64,000 bases of DNA, from contig CM052818.1 of NCBI GenBank assembly GCA_028534125.1, positions 37,388,001 through 37,452,000 of the forward strand, in the 5' to 3' direction. The translations under genes were made by a program, and so were the position numbers. Positions within the stretch are counted from its first letter, which is position 1. Each line of letters opens with the position of its first letter. Of this stretch, positions 24,610-37,480 are shown piece by piece. The stretch is from Lama glama. Taxonomy: Eukaryota. Under the pieces are notes generated by a model that was not told the DNA's origin, ran no database searches, and saw only the letters and a program-made list of their open reading frames with translations.

Positions 24610-26525
24610 AAGGTGGCCCTCTGTATTTGCCAGCAATTCTACTCCATTTTTATTCTCCATAATACTATTTCAAACCATTTTGACTTCTTCCAGACCTAGT
24701 TCCACCCCTCTTCCCTTCACCGTCAGCAAATAAACTTGCTCCGTACTTCACAAAGAAAATAAAGACAACAATACAGGCGGTGAACCCCTCACCTTTACAC
24801 GTGTAAACCTGCAATAATTCTGTCCTCCGTACCTGTTTCTCTCCAGTCGTGGCTAGGAAGGAGCCTCCCTCTGGGGTGAGACCAGGCTCCACTGGTGTCC
24901 GTATTCCCCTTCCCGTATGACTTTGCTCTTGTTTTACCTTCGTCTCTGCTCACTCTACTTTTTCCCACCGCCACTGAAACACCGAAGTTTCCCATCTTTT
25001 GCAAACAGGTGACCAATAATTATTTTTGTATATTACATGGTCTCTCAATTGCCATCTTCCCTTTTCAGACATTATTTTTTCAATCTCTTTTTTGTCCTCA
25101 AAGCTAATCCTCTGAAGAATTGTTAACCTTCGCCTTTTATGTATTCTCAACTTCCACTCATTCCTTAGCCCACTCCAACCTGGCTCCCACCCCTGTCTCT
25201 CTATATAGAAATTATGTTTATTTAGGTCACCTTTGACCTACATGATATTAAAGTCAATTAAAATGTTTTAGTTCTTAACCCACTAGATATCTCAGAAGTT
25301 CTACTGACAGTTCCCTTTTCCTTTAAATCTTTTTTTTTTTTTTTTCCTGCTCTTGGGACTTCCTTGATGCTACACTCAGAGGCTCTCCTCCTATCTCCCT
25401 CCTTTGCTACACGGGCATCCTAAAACACTGGGTTCGAGACCCAGAGCTGCCTGGCTTCAGTTTACAACATTTGCTCACAACAAGGCCTCTGTTTCTTTAC
25501 AATCTATATTATCTTCCTAAATAATCTCATTCATTTTCATGGTTTCAATTATTGTTTATATGGAACTGGCCTCCAAACGTAATCTCCAAGCTTCAAACCC
25601 ATATATCTGCTTGCTGATATGGCATCTTCTATCGGACATCTTAAAGGTACCTCGAACTCATGTCAAGACTGAATTTATCTTCTTTCCCCTGACCCTGGTC
25701 ATCTTCCAGTGAGTGACACAAACATACTCATTTGCAGAAAACAGAAATTAAGTGCTTTCTTAGGTCTTGCTTTTCTTTCAACCTTCAGATATAAACCATC
25801 TGTCAGATGTGAACTGCTACAAGTCTCTTGCATCCCTCTCTTTCCCTGTACCTTACTTCCACCACCCCAGTTTAAGAAACCAATGTGTTACGTCTGGGCC
25901 ACTAAATAACACGTTGTTCTCTATACAGATACAAGTTCTGGTCCAGTTTCCATGATAGCCAGAGTGTTCTTTCAGGGAAAGAAAAACAAAACCAAGCCTA
26001 ACCATGCCACTGTCTTGGTGAAATCTTTTAAGTTTTCCATTGTTCATAACATAGATACCAGTAGCCTTAACATGGGTCCACCATGATTGATTTTCACAAT
26101 TCCATTCTCATCCAGTGTCTTTACTACAATTAGTTCAGCTTGATTATTTTCATATCCTCAATCACTGCAGGCTCTCTCCTACGTCAGTCCCTTTGTACCT
26201 GATCTTTCTTCTTTCCAACATGCTCCTATTAACAACCTTTGCACAGTAAACTTCCATTAATTCTAGAGCATGGCCCCAAAGTCTCTTCGTAACCAACGTC
26301 CAAGCTGTATTGAATAACACTTTGCATTTTTACTTTAGGACTTGTTACAGTTTATACTTTAATTTCTTTGTGATATTAGATTCTTAGATTGATGTTTGCA
26401 CTTCTGCTAGAGTGCAAGCTCCATGAGGACAGAACTATGCTTATTTTGTTCACGGCTGTTTTCCCAGTATCTAACAGACACTCTTTGTCAGCACTCAGTA
26501 AATACTAGTTGAACTAATTAACTGT
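24610..26525 (+). mobile_element. L2 element (long fragment)
   Basis: Pyrimidine-rich L2 motifs (cacttcacaaagaaaataaag-like, cccactccaacctggc, gcaagctccatgaggacag) ending cagtaaatactagttgaa. Confidence 0.75.
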
Positions 26526-26749
26526 GAGCGTATCAACAACCACCATAACAATAGCCTACAGATGATGCACTTACATTTTTCTACCTCTGTCCAGTCTTTT
26601 AGTATGTGCGATACTGTGTACTCAAGAGTCTGTGAAACTTTATGTCAAACAGCTGGCTCTCAGAAATGGTCCAGTTTGGGAAATAGATTATATCAACAGC
26701 CAGGTTAACCGATGGCCACACTGACAGCTGCGAAACAGCCTAGCGAAAC

Positions 26750-28975
26750 AATATGGCTCAGCAAGCTTCTATCAGCTAACCCTCTTGCAGTTAACAACTA
26801 TAAACTCTCATTAAAATGTAAACAACAATTACTTAAAGGCACTGAAATGTGAACAAGAGCAGGAGTATTTTAGAGGAGAGTTGACATTTGGAAGCAGGAA
26901 GAAGCACAGAATGAGTTATTGGTTTTTGCAGCCTTTAAACTTAGCCTGGCCACAGTTGGTGCTACATGAGATGGCTAAAAATCCAATACAAACGTATGTC
27001 TTTAAAAACTAAACAACCAAATTTAGGGAGATTATAGCCACTAGGAAATAAGAGGGAGAGTCCCAGAAAGCCAATGTCCAGAGAGGGGCAGTTCCAAATA
27101 TTATGTACAAACTCTGCTCAAATATCTGCCTGATCTCTAAACCTTATGTACACAGCACAGACTTATTGCAACCTGGTCAAACATAAAATAACTGAATTGA
27201 CATTTTAGATGCACCCCAGTACACAGAATTGGTAGTATGAGCCCACTTGAACTCTCCTAAGAGTGACGCAGCACTCTTCGGATAAATGTAACAGGATCCT
27301 GAGACTTCATAATGTAGCATTCACAATGTCCAGGATGTATGCCAACATTAAACAACTTACAAAAAATCAGAAAAAATGTCCACATTCTCAAGAAAAATGA
27401 CAACAGTAGAGATGGTAAAATTAGCAGACGAGAATTTTAAAGCAGATTTTATAACCATGCCTAATGATTAAAGGAAACTGTGTATAATGAATGAAAAGAG
27501 TATATTTAATCAGAGAAAGAAACTGTAAAAAAAACTGCATCAAATTCTAGACCCATAAATATAATAAATGAATTGGACAGATGTGACAGCAGACTGGAAG
27601 TGACAAGAGAGAGAGGCAGTGAACTTAAAGATACAGAACCACTAATTATCCAACCTGAAGAACGTAGATAACGTATCAAGAAAAAAATGAACAATGCCTC
27701 AGGAACCTGTGGGACAATAAAACACTGCCTAACATCAGTCAGTTGTCAAACTTACGGACAGAAGAGACAATGGGCTTAGAGTTTATCTGAAGAAATAATT
27801 GCCATAAATTTATAGATTCAGGAGGCTCAGTGGACTCAAACACTATAACTATGAAGAAAATCATACCCAGAGACATCAAAACCAACTACTGAAATCTACA
27901 GAAAAAGAAATGTTTGAAAGCAACCAGAGAAAAATGACATTACATAGTGGAGGGGTCGGTGATCCAAATGACTGCTGATTTCTCATCAGAAACCATGCAG
28001 GCCGAAGGGCAGTGCTGAAAGAAAGTAAAATACGTCAAGCTAGAATTCTATATCCAGTGAAAATATCCTTCAAGAATGAAGGCAAAAATGAAGACATTTT
28101 CAGATAAAAGAAAATTAATGAGCTCCATCATTAGTGAGTTCACACTGAAAGAATTTGTAAAGAAACTTCCTTAGCATGATAAGTTCTGACATCAGATTGA
28201 AACTCAGATCTTCAGGAAAGAATGAAGAGATTAGAAGTAGTAAATCCATATGTAAATATAAATGGCTATTTTCCTTAATTTTCTGTATGGTACTTAGTTC
28301 TTTTTAAAATAAAAATGATACCATTGCCTTCTGGAGTTCACAGTGTATGCACATGTAATAACCATGAAAACTAGCTAAAGGATGGGGAATAGAGAGACTT
28401 AAGGTTTGAGTTTTCCACATTTTCCATGAAGTAGTACAGTATTAACTCTAAATATACTTTGAAAGGTCAAGAAAGTTTGTTTTAATCCATAGGGAAACTA
28501 TTAGAAAAAGAATGTAAAGAAGTAGGACAAAAAGTCCAATCGATAAATTAAAATCAGATTGTAAAAAATATTCAAATAATCAAGAGAAAAAAGGCAGGGA
28601 AAGAAGACCGGAGGAAGAAAAGTGACAGGGAACAAGCAAGCACAATTTAAAAGTGGTAATTTTGAATCCATTGGTATCAGTAATTGCATGAAGTATTAAC
28701 AAAGTGAATGCTCCAATTAAGAGGCAGAGATTATTGGAATGAAAAGATAAGACCTGGCCAAAATGCTGTCAACAAGCGAAACACTTCAAATATAAAGACA
28801 CGTATACTTTTAAAGTAGTTGGATGAAAAGAATATGCTATGGAGGTAGGAAGGCTGAAGTGGCTATGTTAATACCAATAAAATAAATGCTATTAAGGTAA
28901 AGAGCATTACCAAAAACAAACAGGGGCATTTCGGACTCAGTAAGTCCATTAGTAAAAAGAACACAACAATCATAA
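26750..28975 (+). mobile_element. Old L1 5' part (5' region, ORF1, start of ORF2)
   Basis: A-rich sense text: gatttctcatcagaaaccatgcaggcc, agaattctatatccagtgaaaatatccttc, gctccaattaagaggcagagatt. Confidence 0.8.
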
Positions 28976-28977
28976 AT

Positions 28978-29175
28978 ACCCCAGCCACTTATTAGTGTGT
29001 GATCATAGGTAAAACTTGGAGCCTCGGTTTCCTTATCTGTAAAATGAGTCATAGTGTCTGTGGACATAGATGCTTAGATAACATATATGTAAATAAATAT
29101 TAATAAACAAGAAAGCAAACAAAGGGCATTTATGTAAGTCCCTTGGCAATAGTAAGTGTTCAATAAACATTCATT
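28978..29175 (+). mobile_element. MIR SINE
   Basis: gagcctcggtttccttatctgtaaaatg...gtaagtgttcaataaa. Confidence 0.75.
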
Positions 29176-30289
29176 CTTTTCCTTTTCTTTTTCTTATGGT
29201 AAGATGCTTAGCTTGGGCTCAGGAAGGCTAAAAAGAATGATGAGAAATTTTGTTACAGAGATCATTCAAATCTTAAAAAAAAAGCAGAATAATCTACAGT
29301 ACGAATAATAAAATCAAAAGATAATTAATGCTGGCATAACTTAGAATGAGGTTTTAATAGCACTGTTTCCTAGAGAAATGAGCCACAACCTCTTAACTCG
29401 AGATGGCTAGAATTTTGCCTGCCAAAAAAATGGACTTTTTGAGGCGAAACTAATAAAGACTTTTCTTAACCCAAGACTCTTATTTCTGGGACCCCTTTTC
29501 TTCCAGGCAAAATGATCAGCAGTCACTCTGTCGGTACAAGTGCTCGTACCACACACCGCTATTGCATCACAACCACCTTGTATTTCATGAGTGCTGTGGA
29601 CATTGGAATGAGTAATCCTAACCACAGCTGCTTGAAATCCATCAAATATTCTTTTAATTTGCACATGAATTGGGGTCCATTAAGTATTTTCTTCCAGTTT
29701 CCACAGCTCTTACATGACAGACACAGAATTTTAACACGAGGTGGGTTCAACATAAAGCTTGGCTGCTTGACCTGTATCGCCTGCAAAAATGGTCTACACT
29801 TGCCCGGGACATTTTAAAATGTGCTTTTTTGGAGGGAGGAGCGGGTGGGTAAGAACTTTAAAATTTTGATCATATTTTAAAACTATTTTAAATGAAAATC
29901 ACAGTCATTTTTGAGGGATACTATGATGGGATTGTGAATAGCAAAATCAAAGTTCAGGGTTCCCACTAAGTTCTGAAATGGAATTAAAGGAACACTATGG
30001 GAAAAAAACGGCGTGGCCTAAACTACGGAGGAAAACATCTATGTTCAGTTAGGTAGTAACGAGATAATTTAATATTCAAAGTTGAATTTAATGCCTATTT
30101 TTTCCCTTAGAAAATTTTATGAATAAGAATTTCACAGTCAAGTGTAAAATTTAAGAGGAAATTCCTGCACTGGATACATACTACAATTTGTTGATTTTGA
30201 GGTCACTTTTCTAATGTCGTAGAAATTAAACGTCTGTGAATAAACTGTCCAATAAAATTTTTAATACTTTGATGATGATGATATTACAG

Positions 30290-30510
30290 TTATAAACATT
30301 TTATTACTTATTGAATAATCATTATGTATCATTCACTCTGTTAAGCGATCTATATACATTATTTAAACTCATAAGTTTTCAATGACATGGATGTCATTGT
30401 TAATCCACATTTTATACATGATGAAAATTAAACTTTTGGAGGGTAAATAACTCGAGTCGCACCGTAAATGATGGAGTGCAGTAACTGCATTGGCTGCTGG
30501 ACTCTGAAAG
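30290..30510 (-). mobile_element. MIR SINE
   Basis: cattttatacatgatgaaaattaa...ggtaaataact degenerate core. Confidence 0.55.
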
Positions 30511-30914
30511 TCTCGGTATTGAAATATGGGTAGAGATTAAGTATTTTCTTTCATACGACTGCACACTGCATCTCATTTTCTCTTCACGTTATCCTCTCTG
30601 GACCACTCGGGTCACATGCGTTACACGGGTTACATGGACTTGACATCTTAGAAGGTGTAATAGAATCAGAATAGGATCCAGGACAAGAATGACCTGGAAT
30701 GAGTGGCTGAGTTCAGTGATGCAACAAGCCTTAAGAACGGGTTGTGATTCAGTGGGTTTACTTTCCTGTGTTTCTTTTCAGCATCACGGTGGCAACATCA
30801 GAGTGTGATGAGGGATATGGGGGCCAAGGTGGTCACTGACAAAGAAAGCTTAGGTCTCACATGTAAGGTCTTTCCATGTTAGAAAACTAATAACATTGCC
30901 CGGGGGGTTCCTCC

Positions 30915-31140
30915 TCCTGATTCTGCCACCTCCCACTGGATATGAATTTAGTGAATCATTTCTTGCAGCATCGATTTCCTCATCTGCAAAATGGGGATGA
31001 TAATGTGTCTCCTTAAAAAGCCGTGATGACGATAAAAGAGAGAATTTATTTAACGTGCTTAGCATAACCTCGAGTGTATGGTAAGCGTGCATAATGCACG
31101 TTAGCTATGATCATTATCATTACTAATATTATTTTCATCA
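30915..31140 (+). mobile_element. MIR SINE
   Basis: tttcctcatctgcaaaatggggatgataat...gtgcttagcata. Confidence 0.75.
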
Positions 31141-31785
31141 TTATTGCCATTTGCTTTGGAGTACCCGCTGTGTGATAAGCGTGGGAAACTATGGCAAGGC
31201 TGAAAAATTGTTAAATCATTAAATAGTTAAAAACCATTCTTCAAATGCCTTTGGTATCTTCGCAGGCATTGCTTTGCTTAAAAAAAAAAGTCATCAAAAG
31301 TCTTTTCATGGATGATTTCATGGAGCAGATCATTAAATACCATCTATTGTGGTTGTTTATCCTGTTTCTTTACATAATTCTTCCTGAAAATGTTTCCTGG
31401 AAGATACTCAGGCAATGAGTCGGGATTTACTTTTTCAGAATTCCTGGTGTTAAGTGGGAATTAGTAACTAATGGCGGGAGACAAAGCAGTGATGCTCAAA
31501 TAGGTTGCATTTCTGATCTTTGTGACTGGCACGGAGGACAGGAGAGCTGGTAGGAATGGTGCATGGTGTGAACGAGCTGCCCTGATCCTTGGTGTGCCCA
31601 AGCAAGGCATCTTGCCAACCTTGCTGCAGGAATATGGAAGCAGCTAAAACCATTCAGAACAATAAAGCACTTAGCATTGGGCAAGTGAGCTACTGTAAGG
31701 AAACAGTGCTTTTGAAAATGAAGAGCTGTGAGCAGCCAGCAGAAAGCAGCCGTATCTTCAGCTTCTCAAAAAAGAAAGTGGGAGA

Positions 31786-31789
31786 GTGT

Positions 31790-31826
<37 letters not shown>
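31786..31826. repeat. (TG)n microsatellite
   Basis: About 20 TG units with one interruption. Confidence 0.95.
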
Positions 31827-31827
<1 letters not shown>

Positions 31828-32709
31828 AAGGGGAGGCTTCAATTTAGGACACAGATACTGATAACTTTATTAAATATTGATTTTTGAAAAACATATATAT
31901 ATATATTCACTAAGCCATGAGCCAGAGAAGATCAGAGTTGGTGATAAAAATAATTATTAGTAGTATTTCAGTTTTATTGCAAACAAAATGAGTCGGCATA
32001 ATCTATGTGTATAACTATATATAAAAATAACTCCCATCCATGGCCCACTGGGAAAGCGGGTGCCAGTCTTTCATCTGTGACAACAAGGCTCACGTCAGAG
32101 GAGAATAATATTTTGTTCCTTTTGTGGCTTCAAGAACCAGCAAAGCCAAGATTTCTGGCCCTCTCATAGACTTTCAAAGACTGTTAACTCAGGCTCAGAG
32201 ACAAGGGTGCAGGATTTGTGGCAAACAGGAGCTGGGAAAATATTCCGTGCAATGAAATGGGAGAGAAAGGGGCCGCTTGAACAAAGACCAGGAGTCAACA
32301 GTGGCCTTGCTAACTCAGCACAGTGTTTATTTGGCATCAAAAGTGTTTCATACTCTGGGGAGCCTGAGAGGCTCCCCTCTCTGTAGAGTTTATTTAATGA
32401 GGAAAAACTATTGATTCATGCAAGAAGTGTTTCCCAGACTCAAAGATGTAACTGTAAGCTTGAGGAGGGTCTGCTTCTGGTTTGAGAGATCAACTTTGGA
32501 AGGGGCTGCCTTGAGAATGCTCAGCTGCTTGTCACTGCGAGTGTTCAGAGGCTGGACGAGCTACTTCTTGGGCATAGCTATGGGTGGGGTATTGATTTAG
32601 GTCAGACATCTCTGCAGCATTAAGCATCCCATAATCCTTCTATGAGCACAAATCTTCTTCATATTCTGTTGGCTTTTAGGAACGTACTACAAGCCGTATT
32701 CATGTTGTT

Positions 32710-32940
32710 AATGATGATGATGTTAATAATGCTAATAGCTGCCATTTACTTAATTGAAAAAATTCTAGGCACTGTGACAAATGTTCAGCCATCCCAGCAT
32801 GTAATCCTTATGACTACTCTTAAGATACTGAGATTGTGTCCATTTTATGGATAAGGAAACTGAGGCTTAGAAGCATGGTTCCTGACTCATAAACATAAAT
32901 AGTTACTGAAAAGCCTAAGACAGTCCTGCTGACACACAAC
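32710..32940 (-). mobile_element. MIR SINE
   Basis: ccattttatggataaggaaactgaggcttaga. Confidence 0.75.
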
Positions 32941-35900
32941 AGTGTGAGGACTGTGGCAAGACAGCACAGATGATGCGCGTGGCCAGGGTTCACCAAGCAG
33001 AGACACCGCCGGGGGTCGAGGCGAAGCTTTATGGTGGAGGTGGGAGCCACGTTACTTAAGGGGATGGTCTATTTGGTCAAGTAAGTGGAAGGTTTATGCT
33101 TAGTTTGAAATAAAATCTTTAAAAAAATGAATGTGCTAGCTGGAATTTTACTATGATGTCAATAACTTTCCATTGCTATAGCTATCAAATTGGCTTTGCA
33201 CTCTGGATAAATATCTTCCCCATTTTATTTGGCTTTAAACCTGAGTTACAGGAGACACAAATCACTCTAAGTAGGAATACCCAAATTAAATGAGAGTTCA
33301 GTTTTGAGTCTATCTGCTTCAGTGTTCTTAAGCCACACATTTTAAAAGCCCTTTAGGTTATGTTGCGGGGATTCTAAGTAAATCCAGATAAAGAAAATAG
33401 ATATTTCTTATACCTTTCTGAACTCTTAACCTTGCTAAACTGTGCTGTGAGAGAGTAGATACTGACAAAACTTTGACATCAGCTGAGACGTGTGTGTGCA
33501 CACATACTTGTATACAGAGAGCTCTGGATTTTCATGAGATGATGTGAATTGTGAGTTGAAAGATATGGAATTTAGTGAAGGCTTTGCTGTTGTGACCTTC
33601 TCCTTAATCTTAACATTCCCACTTGGGAAGTGTGGCCTTCACATGGTGGACATTATAATAGACTCCTCTGGTTACAGAATCCCTTGATTTTGTGTTTTTT
33701 GACCTAAGAAATGGAGTAGAAGAAACTGAGTGTCATCTCTGAGTACAGTCTATCTTCTACAACATTACTTTATGGAGCAATTTTGGAGGTCATGTCAACT
33801 ATTCATTTAAGGAAGAAAACAATTCTAATGCAAATTAAACCAAATAACCAGTTACTGGAGTCCTCAAGGAGAAGGAAGTTTAGAGAACCTCAATTAAAAA
33901 CAAAGATCACTATAAATCGTTTTTTCCGCTTCTTGAACTCCATATAAATGCACATACTCTACGTGCTCTTTTGTCTCTGACTTCTTTTGCTCAACATAAT
34001 TTCTTTGAAGTTTATCCATGTTCTTGCATGTATCAGCAGTTAAGAGTTTGCATTTTGCTATATGCAAGCTATACCTCAGTTAAAAAAAAGGAATGAAAAA
34101 AATTATTTACAGGGAAAAAGCAAACAAATAGATGTTGTTTCTAAAACCATCACCTCCTGGGTCTCGGTACAGGCTGAGATGAAGAGAGATGATACTATGG
34201 GATAGGAGAGATTCACTATGTTGGGCCCTACCTTTCGCATAATCAGAAGGAGATTAGATTTGTTAGATTTGTTGTGTATCCGTCTTCCCCAGAGTGATCC
34301 CTCTTAGGATGGTGTTAAACTCCCCGGTCTCCTGCGAGCGGAGGATCGCTTCTCACCAGCAACAGCGAGGCGCATGCGTGCCTCTGCTCTTCGTGCATGA
34401 GGTGGGGCTGGGACTGACCACAAGGCTGACGTCCAGACTCCAAGCCTGGCATTTCCAGCTTCTCAGAGGCTCCTACGCCATTCTGATTCTGGGTGGCTTG
34501 CAGAGGAGCAGACAGCCCACCTTCGTGGCACCCCAGGGCTAAATTTAAGGAGGTAGGTTTTCCAGAGTGGTAATTCATTCAAGTCAGCTGGCATTTATAT
34601 AGTGGTTATTGCATGCCTGTCTGTTTGGGGGTAGAAATAAATCATGGTGTGATGTTTTAAACTCTTTACTTTTTGTTCTCTTCTTCCCTATCATCAGTGC
34701 TGATAGGAACACTATTTGATATATTATAGACTTAGAGATACTAATCTTCTCTCCAAAGAGGAAAGGATCTTCCAGTTTTCACTTCATTCTTGACAGGCTC
34801 TTTCCCTGGGCTATCTTTACCCTTTACTCATTCATTCATTCACTCACTCATTAAAGAAATATTCTGTTCACGGTGTTAAGGATACATCATAAAACAAACA
34901 TACAAACTTTTCTGTCTTCTTTTCCACAACTGTACCTGCTACCGGTGGTTCAAGAATCAGCTTAATTCCCACGTCCTTCAGGACCCCTTCCCTCTTCAAA
35001 GCTTCTGCAGGCCTTACTGTCAACATTGTCCTTGGATCTTGCTTACACCTACTTTGGGACTTTCCCTATACAAGATTAGATTGGTATCAATTCTTGGTGT
35101 GGTGATAGTTTCCTGTCTCAGCCAGCACCATCATCTCCAAGGGACCACATATTGCTGGACTCCTGACCATTTCAGTCTCAGTACATTGTTCCTCCTGGGT
35201 ATTAAGTGGATGGGGAACAGTCATTTGCTCTCCAGCAGTTGTACAAAGGAGTGAACCTTGAGGTCTGGATGAATCCTAGGTTTCAGGCTGAACTCCAGCA
35301 TCTCTTAAAGCATGGGAGACGACTCTAGCATAATTCCGTTTCAATCAATCTATGAATTTGAACCTGAAGATGCCTCAGTACGACCTCAGGGCTTGGCATA
35401 TCTCTGTCACTCAAAAAAGGTTAATTGTCTGCCTTTGTCATGAAGATCTGATGGGCATCGCCTATCTGAAGAACCAGTAGTGTGCTAGAGGGTTTCTGAA
35501 GGTCATGGCTGATGCGGGGTTGGGGGGGGGTCTCCTTATCAGAGTGGGGGCATCCAAGTGGACAATAGAAAACACTGAGTCACCTGGACTGGCTCTTCCT
35601 GGAGCCAGTGTCACAAGCATGGTCTTATTCCCAGTCTCACTGTCTTTTTCTCTCCACGCAGCCCCTAAGGAAGTGAATGGTTTGGCGGCAATAACATGAA
35701 TGACTGCTCTCTGGATAAGTGTATTTAGCATTGGAGAGTTGAGGAGAACTCATGAATTATGAAAGTTACCTTGATTCCTGAGTTCTACCCAATTTTCCCT
35801 CAGTCAGCGAGCCCTTAATAGATTCTCTGCCCTCATCCTTCTTAAAGCAGGCCAACTTTGGAAGAAACCACCATGGGAGGGTGAGCTTCTTAGAAGTCAA

Positions 35901-36336
35901 GTATTCAAGCAAAGGCTGTGTAAGCACCTCTCAAGGGATACGCTGTGGGTGGGGCCCCGAGTCAGACAGACGCCCTCCTCTTTGTGGCTCTTCAGTGCAC
36001 ACACGCTTCCTCTGGATGTTGTATGAGAAGGATGGTTGCTGAGGGGCTGGGGAGGGGGCGGCTGCAGCGGGGGGCGTAGGTGGTGTTCTCAAGCCCCATC
36101 AGGGCACAGTGGGCGTCCCGGCTGAGCTGCCCAAGAAGAACCAGTGCACCCAAGTGCAACGCTGACTTGCAGCCCTGAGCGTTTCCACTCAACGCTTTCC
36201 TTTCCACTGTCATTTCCCACAAAGTGAGCTCAAACTGCTTGCCACCCACATACCCACCGGCTGCTGTGAGGTGGAACGTGTGAATGGTTGTAAAGTGCTC
36301 TGACCTTCTCTCCTGGAAAGTACCGCAGGAGTACAA

Positions 36337-36344
<8 letters not shown>

Positions 36345-36389
<45 letters not shown>

Positions 36390-36395
36390 CATCAT
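36345..36395. repeat. (TAT)15 microsatellite ending in CAT units
   Basis: Seen directly. Confidence 0.95.
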
Positions 36396-36979
36396 TTCAT
36401 GGACATTTTGCAGTTCCCACTGGTTAGTTTCATTCTCCCCTTTAATCTCGAGTGCAATAAATGGCTACATAAAAAGTATTTTGAGTAAATAAAGATACCC
36501 ATGATTTTTAAAAGTTCTTTATTATATATTTTGATACGCATCATCACCTTCTCCTGACTTTCCACATAAACTGCTATGGCTAAACAGCCCTGTAATGATA
36601 TCACTACTTGGCTATAATTTAGAATGCTATAAAGATTATTTAGCACAAAGAAGTATTTCCAGTTAAAATTTAGCAACTCCTTTCAAATAGATTTACATTA
36701 AATCTTAGACCGAATTTTAGAAACACTGAGCAGAGCAAAAATAAAACCTAGTTCATGTTCTCATAAACTATCTGCTCCTCTGCTGTCTCTTTTCCCTCTG
36801 TTTTCCTTTGTGGCAGACGGCCTCTCTGGTTAGCACCAACCTCCTCTCTTCTCTTCTCTTCCCTTCCCTTGGCATTTCTCCCCTTGCTCCCGAACTCCCT
36901 CCCTACATCTCTTTCTTCTTGTCTTCCAAAAAAAAAAAACCCATAAATTGAACAAAACACTTCTTCAGTGCCTGGTATC

Positions 36980-37440
36980 CTGGATAAATATTCAGTGTTG
37001 TTGTTATAGACCAGACACTGTTTAAGTTCTTGAGACGACAAAAGAGGATGAGTTCCTGCCCTTAAGAATGACACAATCTAGAGAAACAGAGGCCTAGACA
37101 CACCAGCACGTAAGTAACAGTCCGTTGTCACAGTGCCAAAGTAGGAAACGTAGGAACCGCTGTGAGGCTGAAGAATGTCTTCGGGAGCCAGTGAATCGTA
37201 GCAGTTAATTGCAGGGACTTCGAGCCTGACCACCTGGGATAAAGTGGTCTTTCCACTGACTTCCTATATGGCCTTAAACAAGTTGACAATCCCTCTGTGC
37301 TTCATTCTGTAAAAAAGAGGATAATAATGCCTTCCTCATATGGTTGCTCTAAGTCTTAAAGGAGCCAATCTATGTAGAGAACATAGGCTTGTACCTGGAA
37401 TGCAAAAAGCGTTCAAGAAATATTAGCTGTTATTTTTTCT
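36980..37440. mobile_element. L2 fragment followed by a MIR
   Basis: ccagacactgttttaag...cctgcccttaagaa (L2); ctctgtgcttcattctgtaaaaaagaggataataatgcc (MIR). Confidence 0.6.
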
Positions 37441-37456
37441 GGAAATAGGAAACAAT

Positions 37457-37480
37457 CACACACACACACACACACACACA
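37457..37480. repeat. (CA)12 microsatellite
   Basis: Seen directly. Confidence 0.95.

Noticed and set aside
29507..29817. Acceptor at 29506 followed by ORFs
   Set aside because: No good donor follows and no peptide is recognisable.
36210..36395. Poly-Ile ORF
   Set aside because: It is the translation of the (TAT)n microsatellite.
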